A stretch of 64,000 bases of DNA, taken from NCBI RefSeq assembly GCF_001194135.2, contig NC_068996.1, positions 52,045,684 to 52,109,683 of the forward strand, written 5' to 3'. Position numbers and translations under genes: made by a program. Shown in pieces: positions 51,531 to 64,000 of this stretch. Within the stretch, counting starts at the first letter, position 1, and each line of letters begins with the position of its first letter. The stretch is from Octopus bimaculoides. Its lineage: Eukaryota. The notes under the pieces are model-generated. The model had not been told where the DNA came from. It was given only the letters and a program-made list of their open reading frames with translations, and searched no databases.

Positions 51531-53954
51531 TCACGAGACATTTAACATAAAACTGTGGGGAGAGAGTAAGAGGAAGTAATCAGAGATAGTGGCTTGACTA
51601 ATGACAAGAGCAGCAATAGCAGTAAACATAAGAAAGAGAGTACTAGTGAGTTGATGTAAAAACTTTCACATAGACACACACGCACACACCGAAACGAAAT
51701 CAATGCCCAATGCACAGGTGTTCATTTCAGCTTGTCATCTTCCTAACGAAACCATGAGGGAAATATTTCTAAAATCTTCAAGAACCGATCATTTGGGTAT
51801 TGAAGCAATTACACCTTCGTTAACCAAAAGGTTGAAAGAAATTTAAACCTTAATCAATCTTTCCCCATCTAATCCCTATATTTAATTTTAGCAATTTATT
51901 AAGTTGATTGATACTTTTTCATCAGCACTATACTTTATATAATCATTAGAAAAAGAATAACTTTCTCTTCAACGAAACCTTAAAATATTGAGGCATTCTT
52001 TCTGGAGAAGCGAATCAAACTTTCCAGGAATTAAATATAATTACATCTAATTAGCTAACGATTATTTATACCACTTTCTATCAAAGTTATGAAACATTTT
52101 AAAGATAATTTCTTCAAAATATTATTTAGCTAATTTTTATTTAGTATTATTATTATTTTTTTAAAAATTGACTTTTTAAAAAACTTGCATTGTTTCTGTT
52201 TAACCAGGTGATACTTTCATCCCATGTATTTTGGTTTTTGATCATCACAGTAGACCCAACACAAATCCCATTATTCTCTACATCGACCCTAATGAATTGT
52301 CAGTGTTCATGAGACAATCGTTTGTTTTCCTTCTACCCATATTTCTGGCAAATCTTTTTTCGTAATTCTATTTTATTACAAAGACCATTTTATAAAAGGA
52401 TAAAAAAAATTACACGAAGCTTTCAGTTTTCCTTCCGATTTATATCATCTGAGCTATTGACTTTAATTTCTCAGATCATAGTTCGTCCAATGTAGCAGCT
52501 TGTCAGATTCACACTACTACATGTAGTGCAGTCTACTGAAAGACAACTCGGTCCACTCCAGTTTTTGCTGGCCACTCATCTTTACTGTTTACATTCTACT
52601 GTTACACCATACCACCTATATAAACGGTATGCAACAATCCACTGAAAGGTTTCTTTGGTGCAAATAGCATAAGTTTAAGCCTCTCACTTCATATACAACT
52701 TTCTACCGCAGTACCTGTGTAATCGATCGAAACAAAATGTGCCCAGAATACCTTTAAAAAGATGGGATAGTCACAGCTGGAATGCCTCTGATCAGAGGTT
52801 AAACAACACCCCCACCTGTTGTTTGATTAGGTAATTAGTCACACTTGTTAACTAGTTGTGACTATATTAATGAGGATTTTATAAGAAACACATTATTTTA
52901 CTAGTAGTCCGGTTCGCTAAACAATTAGTTCAAATCATTGTAGCCTGCACAATCATTTAGAACTTTGAGAGTTGTCTGTTGATAATTATACCACTCTGAC
53001 CAAGTGATGGTTTTGACCCTTGTAGTGTTCTTGGAAAAGGCAAGGTTGTTACTCATATCTCTTAAGAAATAACATTTAAACGACCTGTCCCAATCACTTT
53101 TACGAAAACACTTGGGTCTCATATTTTGAAGCGAAAAAATAAAGGGAAGGGTTGAGTATTTTCATTTAATACGTCGCATTCTATCAGAAACAACAGCTAA
53201 ATCTATCTTAAATGACCATCCTACCATCTTATACAAAGATAGGATATAGATAACGTATTCCCAAAAGGATTAGAGAAATTAGAAAGATTGCTTTGGTTCA
53301 ATAGCAGAATGTATATCGTGTTTGCAGTTGTAGATTGTGGGTTCAAGTTCCACTGGCAACTTTCGATCTTTTCTATCCATAGGGCTTTTTAACTCCGCTT
53401 TATTTACTTCGAGATCCATCTTTCTAATATATAAATATATGTATATTTTAATATTTCGCTTAGGCATCACGATACTAATAGCCTGATGTAGAACTCAATA
53501 TACATATGGTTCAGAACGAAGCGTCAGTCGAGTACAGGGCTGTAATAAGAAATTGAGATGACAAAGGAATAGACAATTATCTTGTGAATTTCCTTACAGT
53601 GGTTTCATAGTTGAGTACTCGATTATCACTTTATAGCTTTATCAGATCCTCAAACATGAAGTGCAATTTATTTGCGAAAACATTTTCATTTATGTATATA
53701 CACAGAAAAGCATTAACCACGTATGTGGGGTATGGAATCCAGGAGGTCTTCCCATAATCAGAATAAGATTACTTTTAAAGTGTGTATAAGAATAGATATA
53801 CTAAGATGTAGAGAAACAGTAATAAGAAGTATCAGTAAAAATATGTGTACACACACTCACGCACACACATACACACACATACTCCGCTGCATCGTATAGC
53901 AGAAACAGCTGTAAGCTAAAGTAGTTCACAAGATAACCGTTTATCCCTTTGTCA

Positions 53955-54073
<119 letters not shown>

Positions 54074-54419
54074 CATACAGGCTTCCACACTGTTTCCATC
54101 TACCAAATTTCAAATCGCAAAAGCATGTCTGGACTATTTGACATATGCGATCTTCGTAAATAAACGGCTTATTCATGTGGAATTATTTGTTTCCAATTTG
54201 CAGAGAACATACCTGGCCTGTTTCTTGTTGGACACACTGGGGGATTATTACATCACTTGGAAACAAACGGGGGTCAGAGACAGCAAGGGCATCCATCCAA
54301 TAAAAACACTACCCCAATATACTCTCATCTGACCCATGCAAGCATGGAAAAGTACATGATGAACATACATACATGCATACATACATACATACATACACAT
54401 ACACATGCATACATACATA

Positions 54420-56940
54420 TCTTTTATTTTTTTACTTGTTTCAGTCACTAGACTGGAGCCATGCTGGGGTACCACCTTAGAGCCCAGCACTTATTCTTTA
54501 AAGCCTGGTACTTATTCTATTGGACTCCTTTTGCTGAACCACTAGGTAACTGGGATCCAAACACACCAACACCAGTTGTCAAGCAGTGGTGGGAGGCAAA
54601 CAGACACACACACATAGTTATGTGCATATATATATATATATATCATCATCATCATTATCATCGTTTAACGTCAGCTTTCCATGCTAGCATGGGTTGAACG
54701 ATTTGACTGAGGACTGGCGAACCAGATGGCTACACCAGGCTCCAATCTAATTTGGCAGAGTTTCTACAGCTGGATGCCCTTCCTAACGCCAACCACTCAG
54801 AGAGTGTAGTTGGTACTTTTTACGTACCACTGGCACAAAGGCCAGTCAGGCAGTACTGGCAACGGCCACACTCAAATGGTGTTTTTTACGTGCCACCTGC
54901 ACAGGAGCCAGTCCAGCGGCACTGGCAACGAGCTTGCTCGAATGTTTTCTAACGTGCCAGGAAGGCGACGCTGATAACGATCACGCTCAAATGGTGCTAT
55001 TTATGTGCCATTGGCATGGAAGCCAGACAGCTGCTCTGGCAACGATCACGCTTGGACAGTGCTCTTAGTGATTTACTGGTACAGGTCCCATCACGATTTC
55101 GATTTCACTTGCCCCAACAGGTCTTCGCAAGTCGAGTTTAGTATCCAATGAAGGAGAGGTTGGTATGGGTGCCAGTCATCAAATTTGGTTTCATTTCAAT
55201 TTCACTTGCCTCAACAGGTCTTCGCAAGCAGAATTTAGTATCCATTGAAGGAAAGGTACACATAAGTGGGCTGGCTACACCACTGGCAGAGGCCTCGGAT
55301 TATGGTCTCACGCACAGTATATATCCAAAGGTCTCAGTCACAAGTCATTGCCTCGGTGAGGCCTAATGTTCGATGGTTGTGCTTCACCATCTCATCCCAG
55401 GTCTTCCTGGGTCTATCTCTTCCACAGGTTCCTTCAACTGCTAGGGTGTGACACTTTTTCACACAGCTATCCTTTGTCGCCAGTAGAGGTAAGAGCTCTC
55501 TGAACTTTGCCCAGGCTATTCTTATACTAGCAGCTACACTTTCAGCGCACCCTCCCCCACTACTAACTTGGTCACCCAGATAGCAGAAGCTATCAACTAC
55601 TTGTAGTTTTTCTCCCTGGAATGTGGCAGAAGTTGTTTTCTGCACATTTTCAGTGTATATTGCACCTGAACATCTGCCACATACAAAAACTAACTTCCCA
55701 GTTAGGCCCCCCCACCCTTTGATATTGNNNNNNNNNNNNNNNNNNNNNNNNNNNNNNNNNNNNNNNNNNNNNNNNNNNNNNNNNNNNNNNNNNNNNNNNN
55801 NNNNNNNNNNNNNNNNNNNNNNNNNNNNNNNNNNNNNNNNNNNNNNNNNNNNNNNNNNNNNNNNNNNNNNNNNNNNNNNNNNNNNNNNNNNNNNNNNNNN
55901 NNNNNNNNNNNNNNNNNNNNNNNNNNNNNNNNNNNNNNNNNNNNNNNNNNNNNNNNNNNNNNNNNNNNNNNNNNNNNNNNNNNNNNNNNNNNNNNNNNNN
56001 NNNNNNNNNNNNNNNNNNNNNNNNNNNNNNNNNNNNNNNNNNNNNNNNNNNNNNNNNNNNNNNNNNNNNNNNNNNNNNNNNNNNNNNNNNNNNNNNNNNN
56101 NNNNNNNNNNNNNNNNNNNNNNNNNNNNNNNNNNNNNNNNNNNNNNNNNNNNNNNNNNNNNNNNNNNNNNNNNNNNNNNNNNNNNNNNNNNNNNNNNNNN
56201 NNNNNNNNNNNNNNNNNNNNNNNNNNNNNNNNNNNNNNNNNNNNNNNNNNNNNNNNNNNNNNNNNNNNNNNNNNNNNNNNNNNNNNNNNNNNNNNNNNNN
56301 NNNNNNNNNNNNNNNNNNNNNNNNNNNNNNNNNNNNNNNNNNNNNNNNNNNNNNNNNNNNNNNNNNNNNNNNNNNNNNNNNNNNNNNNNNNNNNNNNNNN
56401 NNNNNNNNNNNNNNNNNNNNNNNNNNNNNNNNNNNNNNNNNNNNNNNNNNNNNNNNNNNNNNNNNNNNNNNNNNNNNNNNNNNNNNGACTCGCTCCCTAA
56501 GCAGTTGAGCTATAACCCTCTCCGTGACTTTCATTACCTGATCTAAAAGCTTGATACCTCTGTAATTATTTGTATCTAAAGCTTGACCTTTACCTTTGTA
56601 GCAGTTGACTATGGTGCTGCTACACCAGTCATTGGGTATGACTCCTTCGTGTTTCACCTGGTTAACAATACGGATGACTAGGCTATAGCCGACACTGCCA
56701 GATATTTTGAGCATCTCTGCAGTGATTCCTGATGGGCCAGGGTCTTTCCCTGTCTTCATACTCTTAATTGCTATGATGGTCTCCTTTCAGTTTCTGTCTA
56801 CCAAATCCAATCACAAGGCCTTGGTCAGCCCGAGGCTATAACAGAAGATATTTGCCCTAGTTACCACAGAATGGGACTGAACACTGAACCACGTGGCTGG
56901 GAAACAAGCTTCTTATCACACAGTCACGTCTGGGCCTATG
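54420..56940 (-). mobile_element. LINE family B (54641-56782) inserted into the centre of a SINE S1 (halves 54420-54640 and 56783-56940)
   Basis: ORF2 MKTGKDPGPSGITAEMLK..YRGIKLLDQVMKVTERV, then N gap, FVCGRC, YLGDQVS, 3' UTR array and (GAT)n. The SINE halves are complementary and co-oriented. Confidence 0.85.
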
Positions 56941-57587
56941 TATATTTCATTTAGGCACAGTGTTAGAATGTTAGTACTTGGTATACATATGCTTCAAAGA
57001 AACGCTTTACTCAAGTACAGAGCGTAAGAAGAGATTATATAAATGACAAGAGAATAAGGAATTATGATGCTATGAACTTCATTAGCTTACAGCTGTTTCT
57101 GCTACAGGATACAATGCACTCATAGATGAATGTTTGTGTATGACCTTATAGCTTCAGAGCTTCAAAAAAAATATATATAGTTATTATATATATATGATAA
57201 CTCACACACACAAAAAGAAAATAATCGCACTCACCTCTCTCTCTCATTTGAAAAATTTACATTTTTTAGAACTTTCCACAGCATTTGATTTGTGCAAAGA
57301 TAACACATTGATTATTTCTATGGATGCTAATGGATAACACAAGGAAATACATTATCTAGATTTTCAAGTCATTTGCATATAACAGTGCATTAGAAACTAA
57401 CTTAACAATAGTTAATACCTCAGATGTGATACTTGTTTTTGGTACTGTCTCTTACACACCTTACAAATGAGAAGTGCACATTAACAGTAGATTTTTACCA
57501 TCTTGCTTTGAATTATAAGAACCTAGTTAAGGAAGGAAGTAAAAGGATCAAGGATCTATCCTTGAATAAGAAGATCTTTGACAAGTC

Positions 57588-57800
57588 ATGCCCCTCCAAC
57601 CTCTAATTACTACAAAGCTAGAGTCCATCATATATGAGGCTAAAGTCAAGCCCAAAGGGCTGAATGACGCATCCAGTATAAAGCACAATATCAGATTAAC
57701 AGAGAGTCTCTTCACGGAACGACTGCACAACCAGTCTGCATCCGTCAAGAGTTTTGAAAAGTGGAATATCACTACATTGGTCAAGTGCATATAATGTATA
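57588..57800 (+). mobile_element. Second Penelope-like GIY-YIG remnant
   Basis: ESIIYEAKVK..HNIRLTESLFTERLHNQSASVKSFEKWNITTLVKCI resembles VIY.A.V..YIGLTE..FK.R..NH..SF..T.LSKYIW. Confidence 0.5.
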
Positions 57801-57814
57801 CTTATTGAAGGAAA

Positions 57815-57997
57815 GTGTGCCTGTAAATCAAAGGGTCAGCCTTGTCACACTGTGTCACGCTGAATATCCCTGAGAACTATGTTAAGGGTACACGTGTCTG
57901 TGGAGTGCTCAGCCACTTGCATGTTAATTTCACGAACAGGCTGTTCCGTTGATCGGATCAACTGGAACCCTCAACGTCGTAAGTGACGGAGTGCCAA
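57815..57997 (+). mobile_element. SINE S3 3' fragment
   Basis: TCAAAGGGTCAGCCTT..GGGTACACGTGTC..GATCGGATCAACTGGAACCC matches 21580-21726. Confidence 0.75.
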
Positions 57998-58375
57998 GAA
58001 TTGAAGGAAAAGGTTTGAAACTATGGTATGAAATAGAGATTGTGAGAGAAATGCAAGCCTTACAACAATAGCAGCAGAAAATGTAGATTGTGTTTACCAA
58101 AGACGTGATAAATACTTAAGAACTACCTCATTATTTGCATGATGGGAGGGGTGAAGTATATCCCAATATATTGATCTAAGTGGATTTTTGGGGATTCTTT
58201 TTGTCTTGAGCTACATTCCCAAGTTCGTCTTTATTTGGCAAGGAAACTAATTTTTCAGTCCTTAACAATGTCTACACACACACATTTGCACATATATATA
58301 CATATATATATGCATATATACATATATATATGTATGTATGTATACATACACACATACACACACACACACACACAC

Positions 58376-58531
58376 ATGTGGATGTGTGATAAGAAGTTTA
58401 CTTTCCAACCACATGGTTTGGGTTCAGTCCCACTGCATGACACCTTGGGCAAATGTTTTCTACAATAACTTTGGGCCTACCAAAGCCTTGTGAGTGGATT
58501 TGGTAAGTGGAAACCGAAAGAACCCCCCATA

Positions 58532-58595
<64 letters not shown>

Positions 58596-58800
58596 TGTGT
58601 GTCTGTGTTTGTCCTCCTTTTTGACAACTGTCAGTATGTTTACAACCCTGTAACTTAATAGTTCAGCAAAAAGAGACTGAATAAATACCAGGCTTAAAAA
58701 CTAGAAAAATAAGTATTGGGGTTGATTCATTCAACTAAAACCCTTTAAGGTGGTGCCCCAGCATGGCCACAGGCCAAAGACTAAAACAAGTAAAGTCTAA
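58376..58800 (+). mobile_element. SINE S1, near full length
   Basis: Head, CORE-like block, central microsatellite and tail, as at 26390. Confidence 0.8.
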
Positions 58801-58842
58801 AAGATATATAAGCACATGCATACATACATACATATATATACA

Positions 58843-60045
58843 CAAGGGTTGGACAAAATAATGGAAGCACCTTAAAATTTCAAACAAATTTATTTTCATA
58901 TAGAGTTGGACCACCTTTGGCAGTAATTACAGCTTGAATTCTACAAGGTATAGACTCGTGCAAAGTTTGAATTGTTTCCAAAGAAATTTTTGTCCCTTCT
59001 TCAACTAAAACAATCTCTGGTTCTTGTAGTGATGATCATGGAAGATATCGACTCCTTACTTGTTTCTCTAGAATGCACCATAAATGTTCAATAATATTGA
59101 GATTAGGGGACTGTGGTGGCCAGATAAGATGTTCAACTTCACTAGAATGTTCCTCATACCATTCAGTAACAAATTTAGCTGTGTGAATTGGTGCATTATC
59201 ATCCTGAAAGATTGCGTTTCCCATAGGATGAATTTGATCAGATAAACTGCTTAAATAGTCTTGACTGTTAATTCTGCCCTGAAAGGAAACCATTGGGTTA
59301 GTGTATTTCCAAGATNNNNNNNNNNCATCACAGATCCTCCTCCATGTTTAACAGTTGGAAGAAGGCAGTCTAGGTTAAATGCATCTTTTGGCTGTCTCTA
59401 CACATATTCTCGGCCGGTGGTTGGAAATAAGGTAAAGGATGACTCATCCAAGAAAATAACATTTTTCTACTGCTCCAGGAACTAATTCTGTAGATTTTTA
59501 CTCCACTCTAAACACTTTGCAACATTTGTTTTTGAAAGTAGTGGTTTTCTGATTGCAGCCCTCCCGTGAAATCTGGCTTTGTGGAAAGTGGGTTCTTGAG
59601 GTGGTCATTAAGCTCTGCAGTAATTTTGGGAGCTGTACTTTATGATCCTTTCTAACAATTCATGTAAGAGTCCGACAGCCCCTATCTGGAAGTTTTGGTT
59701 TTCCTCTGGAGTTTTGTCTTGACAAGGAGATTTTCCCTCTTTCTGAAAGTCTGTCATTACTTTCAAGACAGTACTTCTTGATACACCAAACATTTCGGCT
59801 ATTTTCGTTACACTAGCGCCTGTTATATGAGCACCAACAATCTGACCTCTTTGAAAGTCTGATAGATCTGTCATTTTAATGAATTTTAATTACCTTTTCC
59901 TGATCATGTCTGAAAAGAAACAGCAATTTTAGCAAAATATATTAAGCAATACTAATAATAAATCAAAAAACATAAAAACCAACCAGCTTTATAGATATTT
60001 CAAAATTATGATGCTGGGTGTTTCCATTATTTTGTCCAACCCCTG
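58843..60045 (-). mobile_element. Tc1-like DNA transposon, full span, frameshifted
   Basis: TIRs CA(A/G)GGGTTGGACAAAATAATGGAA(G/A)CACC in TA-rich flanks. MTDLSDFQRGQIVG HTH region and FQDDNAPIH..WPPQSPNLNIIEHLW. Confidence 0.9.
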
Positions 60046-60265
60046 TATATACATACATACATATATATCATACATATATATACATACATACATACATACA
60101 TACATANNNNNNNNNNNNNNNNNNNNNNNNNNNNNNNNNNNNNNNNNNNNNNNNNNNNNNNNNNNNNNNNNNNNNNNNNNNNNNNNNNNNNNNNNNNNNN
60201 NNNNNNNNNNNNNNNNNNNNNNNNNNNNNNNNNNNNNNNNNNNNNNNNNNNNNNNNNNNNNNNNG

Positions 60266-61100
60266 GTGGCCCTGTCCTTCCAGAGCATGTGCAAAAGTTT
60301 TTGTGTCTGTAGGTTGTGCCATTCGTCCACAGTGACGTGTTCAGTACAGACATAAAGAGTGGGCTGTGCGATTTTTCTTTTTGAATCAAGATGACCGAGC
60401 GCATGGAGCAAAGATACAGTATCAAATTCTGCCAAAAACTTGGTGAAATGCAAGCCCAGACTATCAAGAAGATTCAGAAGGCCTTTGGAGATGATGCTAT
60501 GGGAAAAGCACAAATAAAGAAGTGGTACAACTGGTTCAAAGATGGTTACACTTTAGTGGACAGTGAGCCATGTTGTGGCCAGATCATTGACTAGCAGAAA
60601 TGACAAAATAGTTGCAAAGGTTCGAGATTGTCGCCAAAGTTAGAATCAGCCATAGATCAGTTCAGTCTGAAGATTTGTGCATGAAGAGGGTGTCGGCCAA
60701 ATTCAAACCAAAATTGCTGTCTGACCAACAGGACGGAAACAGAAAGGAAATCTCCCAGGACATGCTGAAGTGTGCTAGCCAAGATCAAAACTTCACGAAC
60801 ACTATCATCACTGGTGATGAGATATGAGTGTACGGCTATCACCCTGAAACAAAATTGGAACCATTCCAATGGAAGCATCCATCCTTGCAAAGACCAAAGA
60901 AAGCAAGACAGGTGTGCAGCAATAAAAACTGATGATGACCTGGTTTTTTTTTACTACAGAAGTATTGTGCACCATGAATATGCACCATAAGGTCAGACAA
61001 TTAACAAAGAATATTACCTGGAAGTTCTCTGTTGCCTTCATGAAGCTGTGCAGCAAAAATGACCCAACCTGTAGGCAGCAAAGAGGTCATCAATGACCCA
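60266..61100 (+). mobile_element. mariner-like transposase, 3'-truncated
   Basis: MEQRYSIKFCQKLG, KRVSAKFKPKLL, IITGDE, YGYHPETK, GQTINKEYYLEVL. Confidence 0.88.
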
Positions 61101-61609
61101 ACCACAAAGAAAAATTTTTATTTTAATTTTATTTATATATTTAAATATATTATAAATATCTAATATTATTAAGCAAGAAAAGGGAGAGTTTTAATGAATA
61201 AAATGAATTTATTAATTACAATTGTTTCAATTCACACTCAAGATTTTGAGTGATATATCATCACGGTGGAAGGACTTTAAGGAAATTACATGTTGACCAG
61301 TTGAGACATTTTAACAGAGTTAGCAGATGAGAGAATGTTTAGTTATTTGCATGTGTGTGTGGGGGAGAGGGGGTAATATTTTCCTTAAGATATAAAATAA
61401 AACATATAAAAGTATTACAATATGTAATATGCACATATAAGAATAAAATAAAAGTAAATGATAAATATTAATAAAACTAATAAAAATAAAGATAATAAAA
61501 AATATTCAGACTATGATAAGTTATACAGACATAAATAAAATAATAAAAAATAATAATAAAAGGTAATAAATATGATAAAATAAATATATATATATGGCGT
61601 AGGTAGTAA

Positions 61610-61935
61610 CTCCATAAGATGTACCCAGTGTAAGCTATGGATGCATAAGAGGTGCAGCAATATCAAAGGAAGGTTAACTAGGAAGATAGTTTTGTATGTG
61701 GCAAGTGCTCAGGAGCAATAAACACTGAGAATTGGCAGAAAACAGCTTCCGTCACTTTCCAGCGGAAAAAAACTACAAGTAGTTGATAGCTTCCATTACC
61801 TCGGTGACCAAGTCAGTAGTGGTGGGTGGGTGCACTGAAAGTGTAGCTGCTAGAATAAGAACAGCCTGGGTAAAGTTTGGAGAGTTCCTACCTCTGCTGG
61901 TGATAAAGGGCCTCTCACTCAGAGTAACAGACAGA
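61610..61935 (+). mobile_element. LINE family B ORF2 fragment, followed by a SINE S1 3' piece to ~62055
   Basis: CKLWMHKRCSNIKGRL, VVDSFHYLGDQVS, RIRTAW. Confidence 0.75.
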
Positions 61936-62111
61936 CTGGATGTGTAGATAGAATAAGTACTAGGCTTACAAAGAATAAGTCCTGGGGCCAGTTTGTTTGA
62001 TTAAAGGTGGTGGTCCAGCATGGCCACAGTCAGATGGCTGAAACAAATAAAAGAGTATATCAATAATGTAGGTAGCTGATTAGCAATTAAAACCTAAAGG
62101 CACCTTATTGA

Positions 62112-62171
<60 letters not shown>

Positions 62172-62224
62172 ATCGGTATAGGATACAGCCTAATTACTTA
62201 CATAGTTAATTAGTTTATTCAGGA

Positions 62225-63600
62225 AGGCGTCATCTCCAGAGATTGGTGTAGTAGTATTATAGTCAGCTGCTACAAGGATAAATGTGATGTCTTAGATAGA
62301 AACAACTACAGAGGTATCAAACTGCTAGACCAAGTCAGGAAAATTACAGAGAGAGTTATATCTGAACTAATTAGGGATAGAATTAAACTAGACGAGATGC
62401 AGTTTGGTTTTGTACTTGGGAAGAGATGCCATCTTCTTAGTAAGACAGCTGCAGGAAAAAGTAGGTCATTGTACTTAGCTTTCTTCAACCTGGAGAAAGC
62501 TTTCAACAGAGCCATCACTGTTATCTGGTGGTCTCTAAGGAAGCTAGTAGGAGAGGAGTGGCTTTTTAGAACTGTACAAGTGATGTACAGTGGTGCTGTC
62601 AGTAAGGTGAGACTTGGCTACGAATACAGTGATGAATTTAGTGTACAAGTAGGGGTTCACCAAGGTTCAGTTCACATCCCACTCTTATTCATTATAGTCT
62701 TCCAGGTCATAACAGATGAATTCTAATCTGGATGCCCATGGGAACTGCTTAATGCTGATGACCTCACTTTTATTGCAAAATTTGTAGCAGAATTGAAGAA
62801 GAAATTCCAGGTGTGAAAGAAAAAGGGCCTTAAAGTTAACATAGCAAAGACCAAAAGGGCATTGAAGTTAATGTAGCAAAGACCAAATTTGTTGTTAAAT
62901 GACCCTGCTTAATATGTAAGCAAGGATTGGAAGTAATTTTATTCACTGCAGCCATTGTAAGCTATGGACACATATGAGTTGCAGTGGAATCACAGGTGGA
63001 TTATCAGATAAAGTAGTCTTCTATGTGGCAGATGTGCAGGAACAATAAGCACTTCTCTCAAATGCCCAGGAGGCTCTCTTGAGGTTTAAATAGTTTCTGT
63101 TACTTAGGTGACCAAATTAGCAATGGTCGAGGATGCTTTGAAAGGTAGACTATCTGATGCTTTTGTGCAAACAGCTATACTCCATCGTAGTGAGACATGG
63201 GCTCTGAATGCAGAAGACATGCGTAGACTGGAGAGAAATGAAGGCAGTATGTTCCACTGGATGTGAAACATCAGTGTGCATGTGTGACAAAGTGCAAATG
63301 TATTGAGAAAAAAGTTGGTTATAAGAGGAATCAAATGTAGCATGCAAGAGAGATTACATTGGTTTAGACATGTGACATGTATGAATGAAGACAGTTGTAT
63401 ATGAAGTGCTATTCATTGAAAGTGGATGGTACCCACGGAAGAGGGAGATCCAGGAAGGCATGGGATGAAGTGGTGAGGACTGATCTCAGGATGTTGGGTC
63501 TCAAGAAGAAAATGACAACGGACTACAATGTCTGATGATATGAGGTTCTTGAGAGACCTGACCTTATCAACAAAACTGAGTTCTACAAGTGCTGTGTGTT
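62225..63600 (+). mobile_element. LINE family B RT to C-terminus, decayed
   Basis: DWCSSIIVSCYKDK..NNYRGIKLLDQV, MQFGF, LEKAFNR, VGVHQGS, ADDL, CSHCKLWTH, GRSRKAWDEVV. Confidence 0.85.
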
Positions 63601-64000
63601 CCACCCGCACATAACAAAAAAACTTTTCACACATCCTACCCCAACAAACCAAACTACATCTCTTCTCTTCTCACATCTCCTCTTTCATGCCTTATGCTTA
63701 TCTCTCACTCCCCAATCCTGTCCTCACAGCCTATTCACTGTATTATTGCTGTCTAGTAGCACCCCTATCCCCTCTATATACCCAGGTTTTCACCACTCAC
63801 TTCATTCCACACCCCACTCTCTACTCACACTTCCTTGGCAATATCCTGTCACTTATATTATGATCTGTGCCTCAAGGGTATGCCCTGGCACTTGCCACCA
63901 TCTATATCTCTCTCTGCATTTACTCAACCATCCCATTTATATTCTGATCCCCGTCCCTTGTAAGGATGCCTGACACTTTGCCACCGTCTCTCTCCTGCAA

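Noticed and set aside
53483-53530. CTGATGTAGAAC..GTTCAGAACGAAGCGTC hammerhead-like string
   Set aside because: The core has mismatches, GAAA is absent and no stem I forms.
54641-56940. Apparent SINE-head/LINE-body chimera
   Set aside because: The missing 3' half of the SINE lies on the other side (54420-54640), so this is a nested insertion.

Overview
Eukaryotic, AT-rich, repeat-dense draft scaffold with many N gaps. The repeat content suggests a cephalopod, probably Octopus (inference). It holds one clear host gene: a 7-coding-exon Rab1 on the minus strand (51076->43552, 205 aa, ending in CC). Its upstream region has a CRE next to a CREB3/CrebA-like site. The rest is mostly transposon relics: RTE-clade LINEs of two families, a decayed CRE-like non-LTR element, Penelope-like GIY-YIG fragments, Tc1/mariner, Tigger-, hAT- and piggyBac-like elements, tRNA-derived SINEs and microsatellites. 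Best leads: (1) four minimal hammerhead-ribozyme-like cores between 30.6 and 36.7 kb, two of them in a head-to-head palindromic element with a tRNA (Pol III) head; (2) a C4HC3 PHD-like finger inside ORF2 of the abundant RTE-like LINE; (3) one scrambled RTE copy forming a ~260 bp foldback; (4) a Tc1 with DD36E spacing. No homology search or folding program was run, so family calls rest on motifs read by eye.
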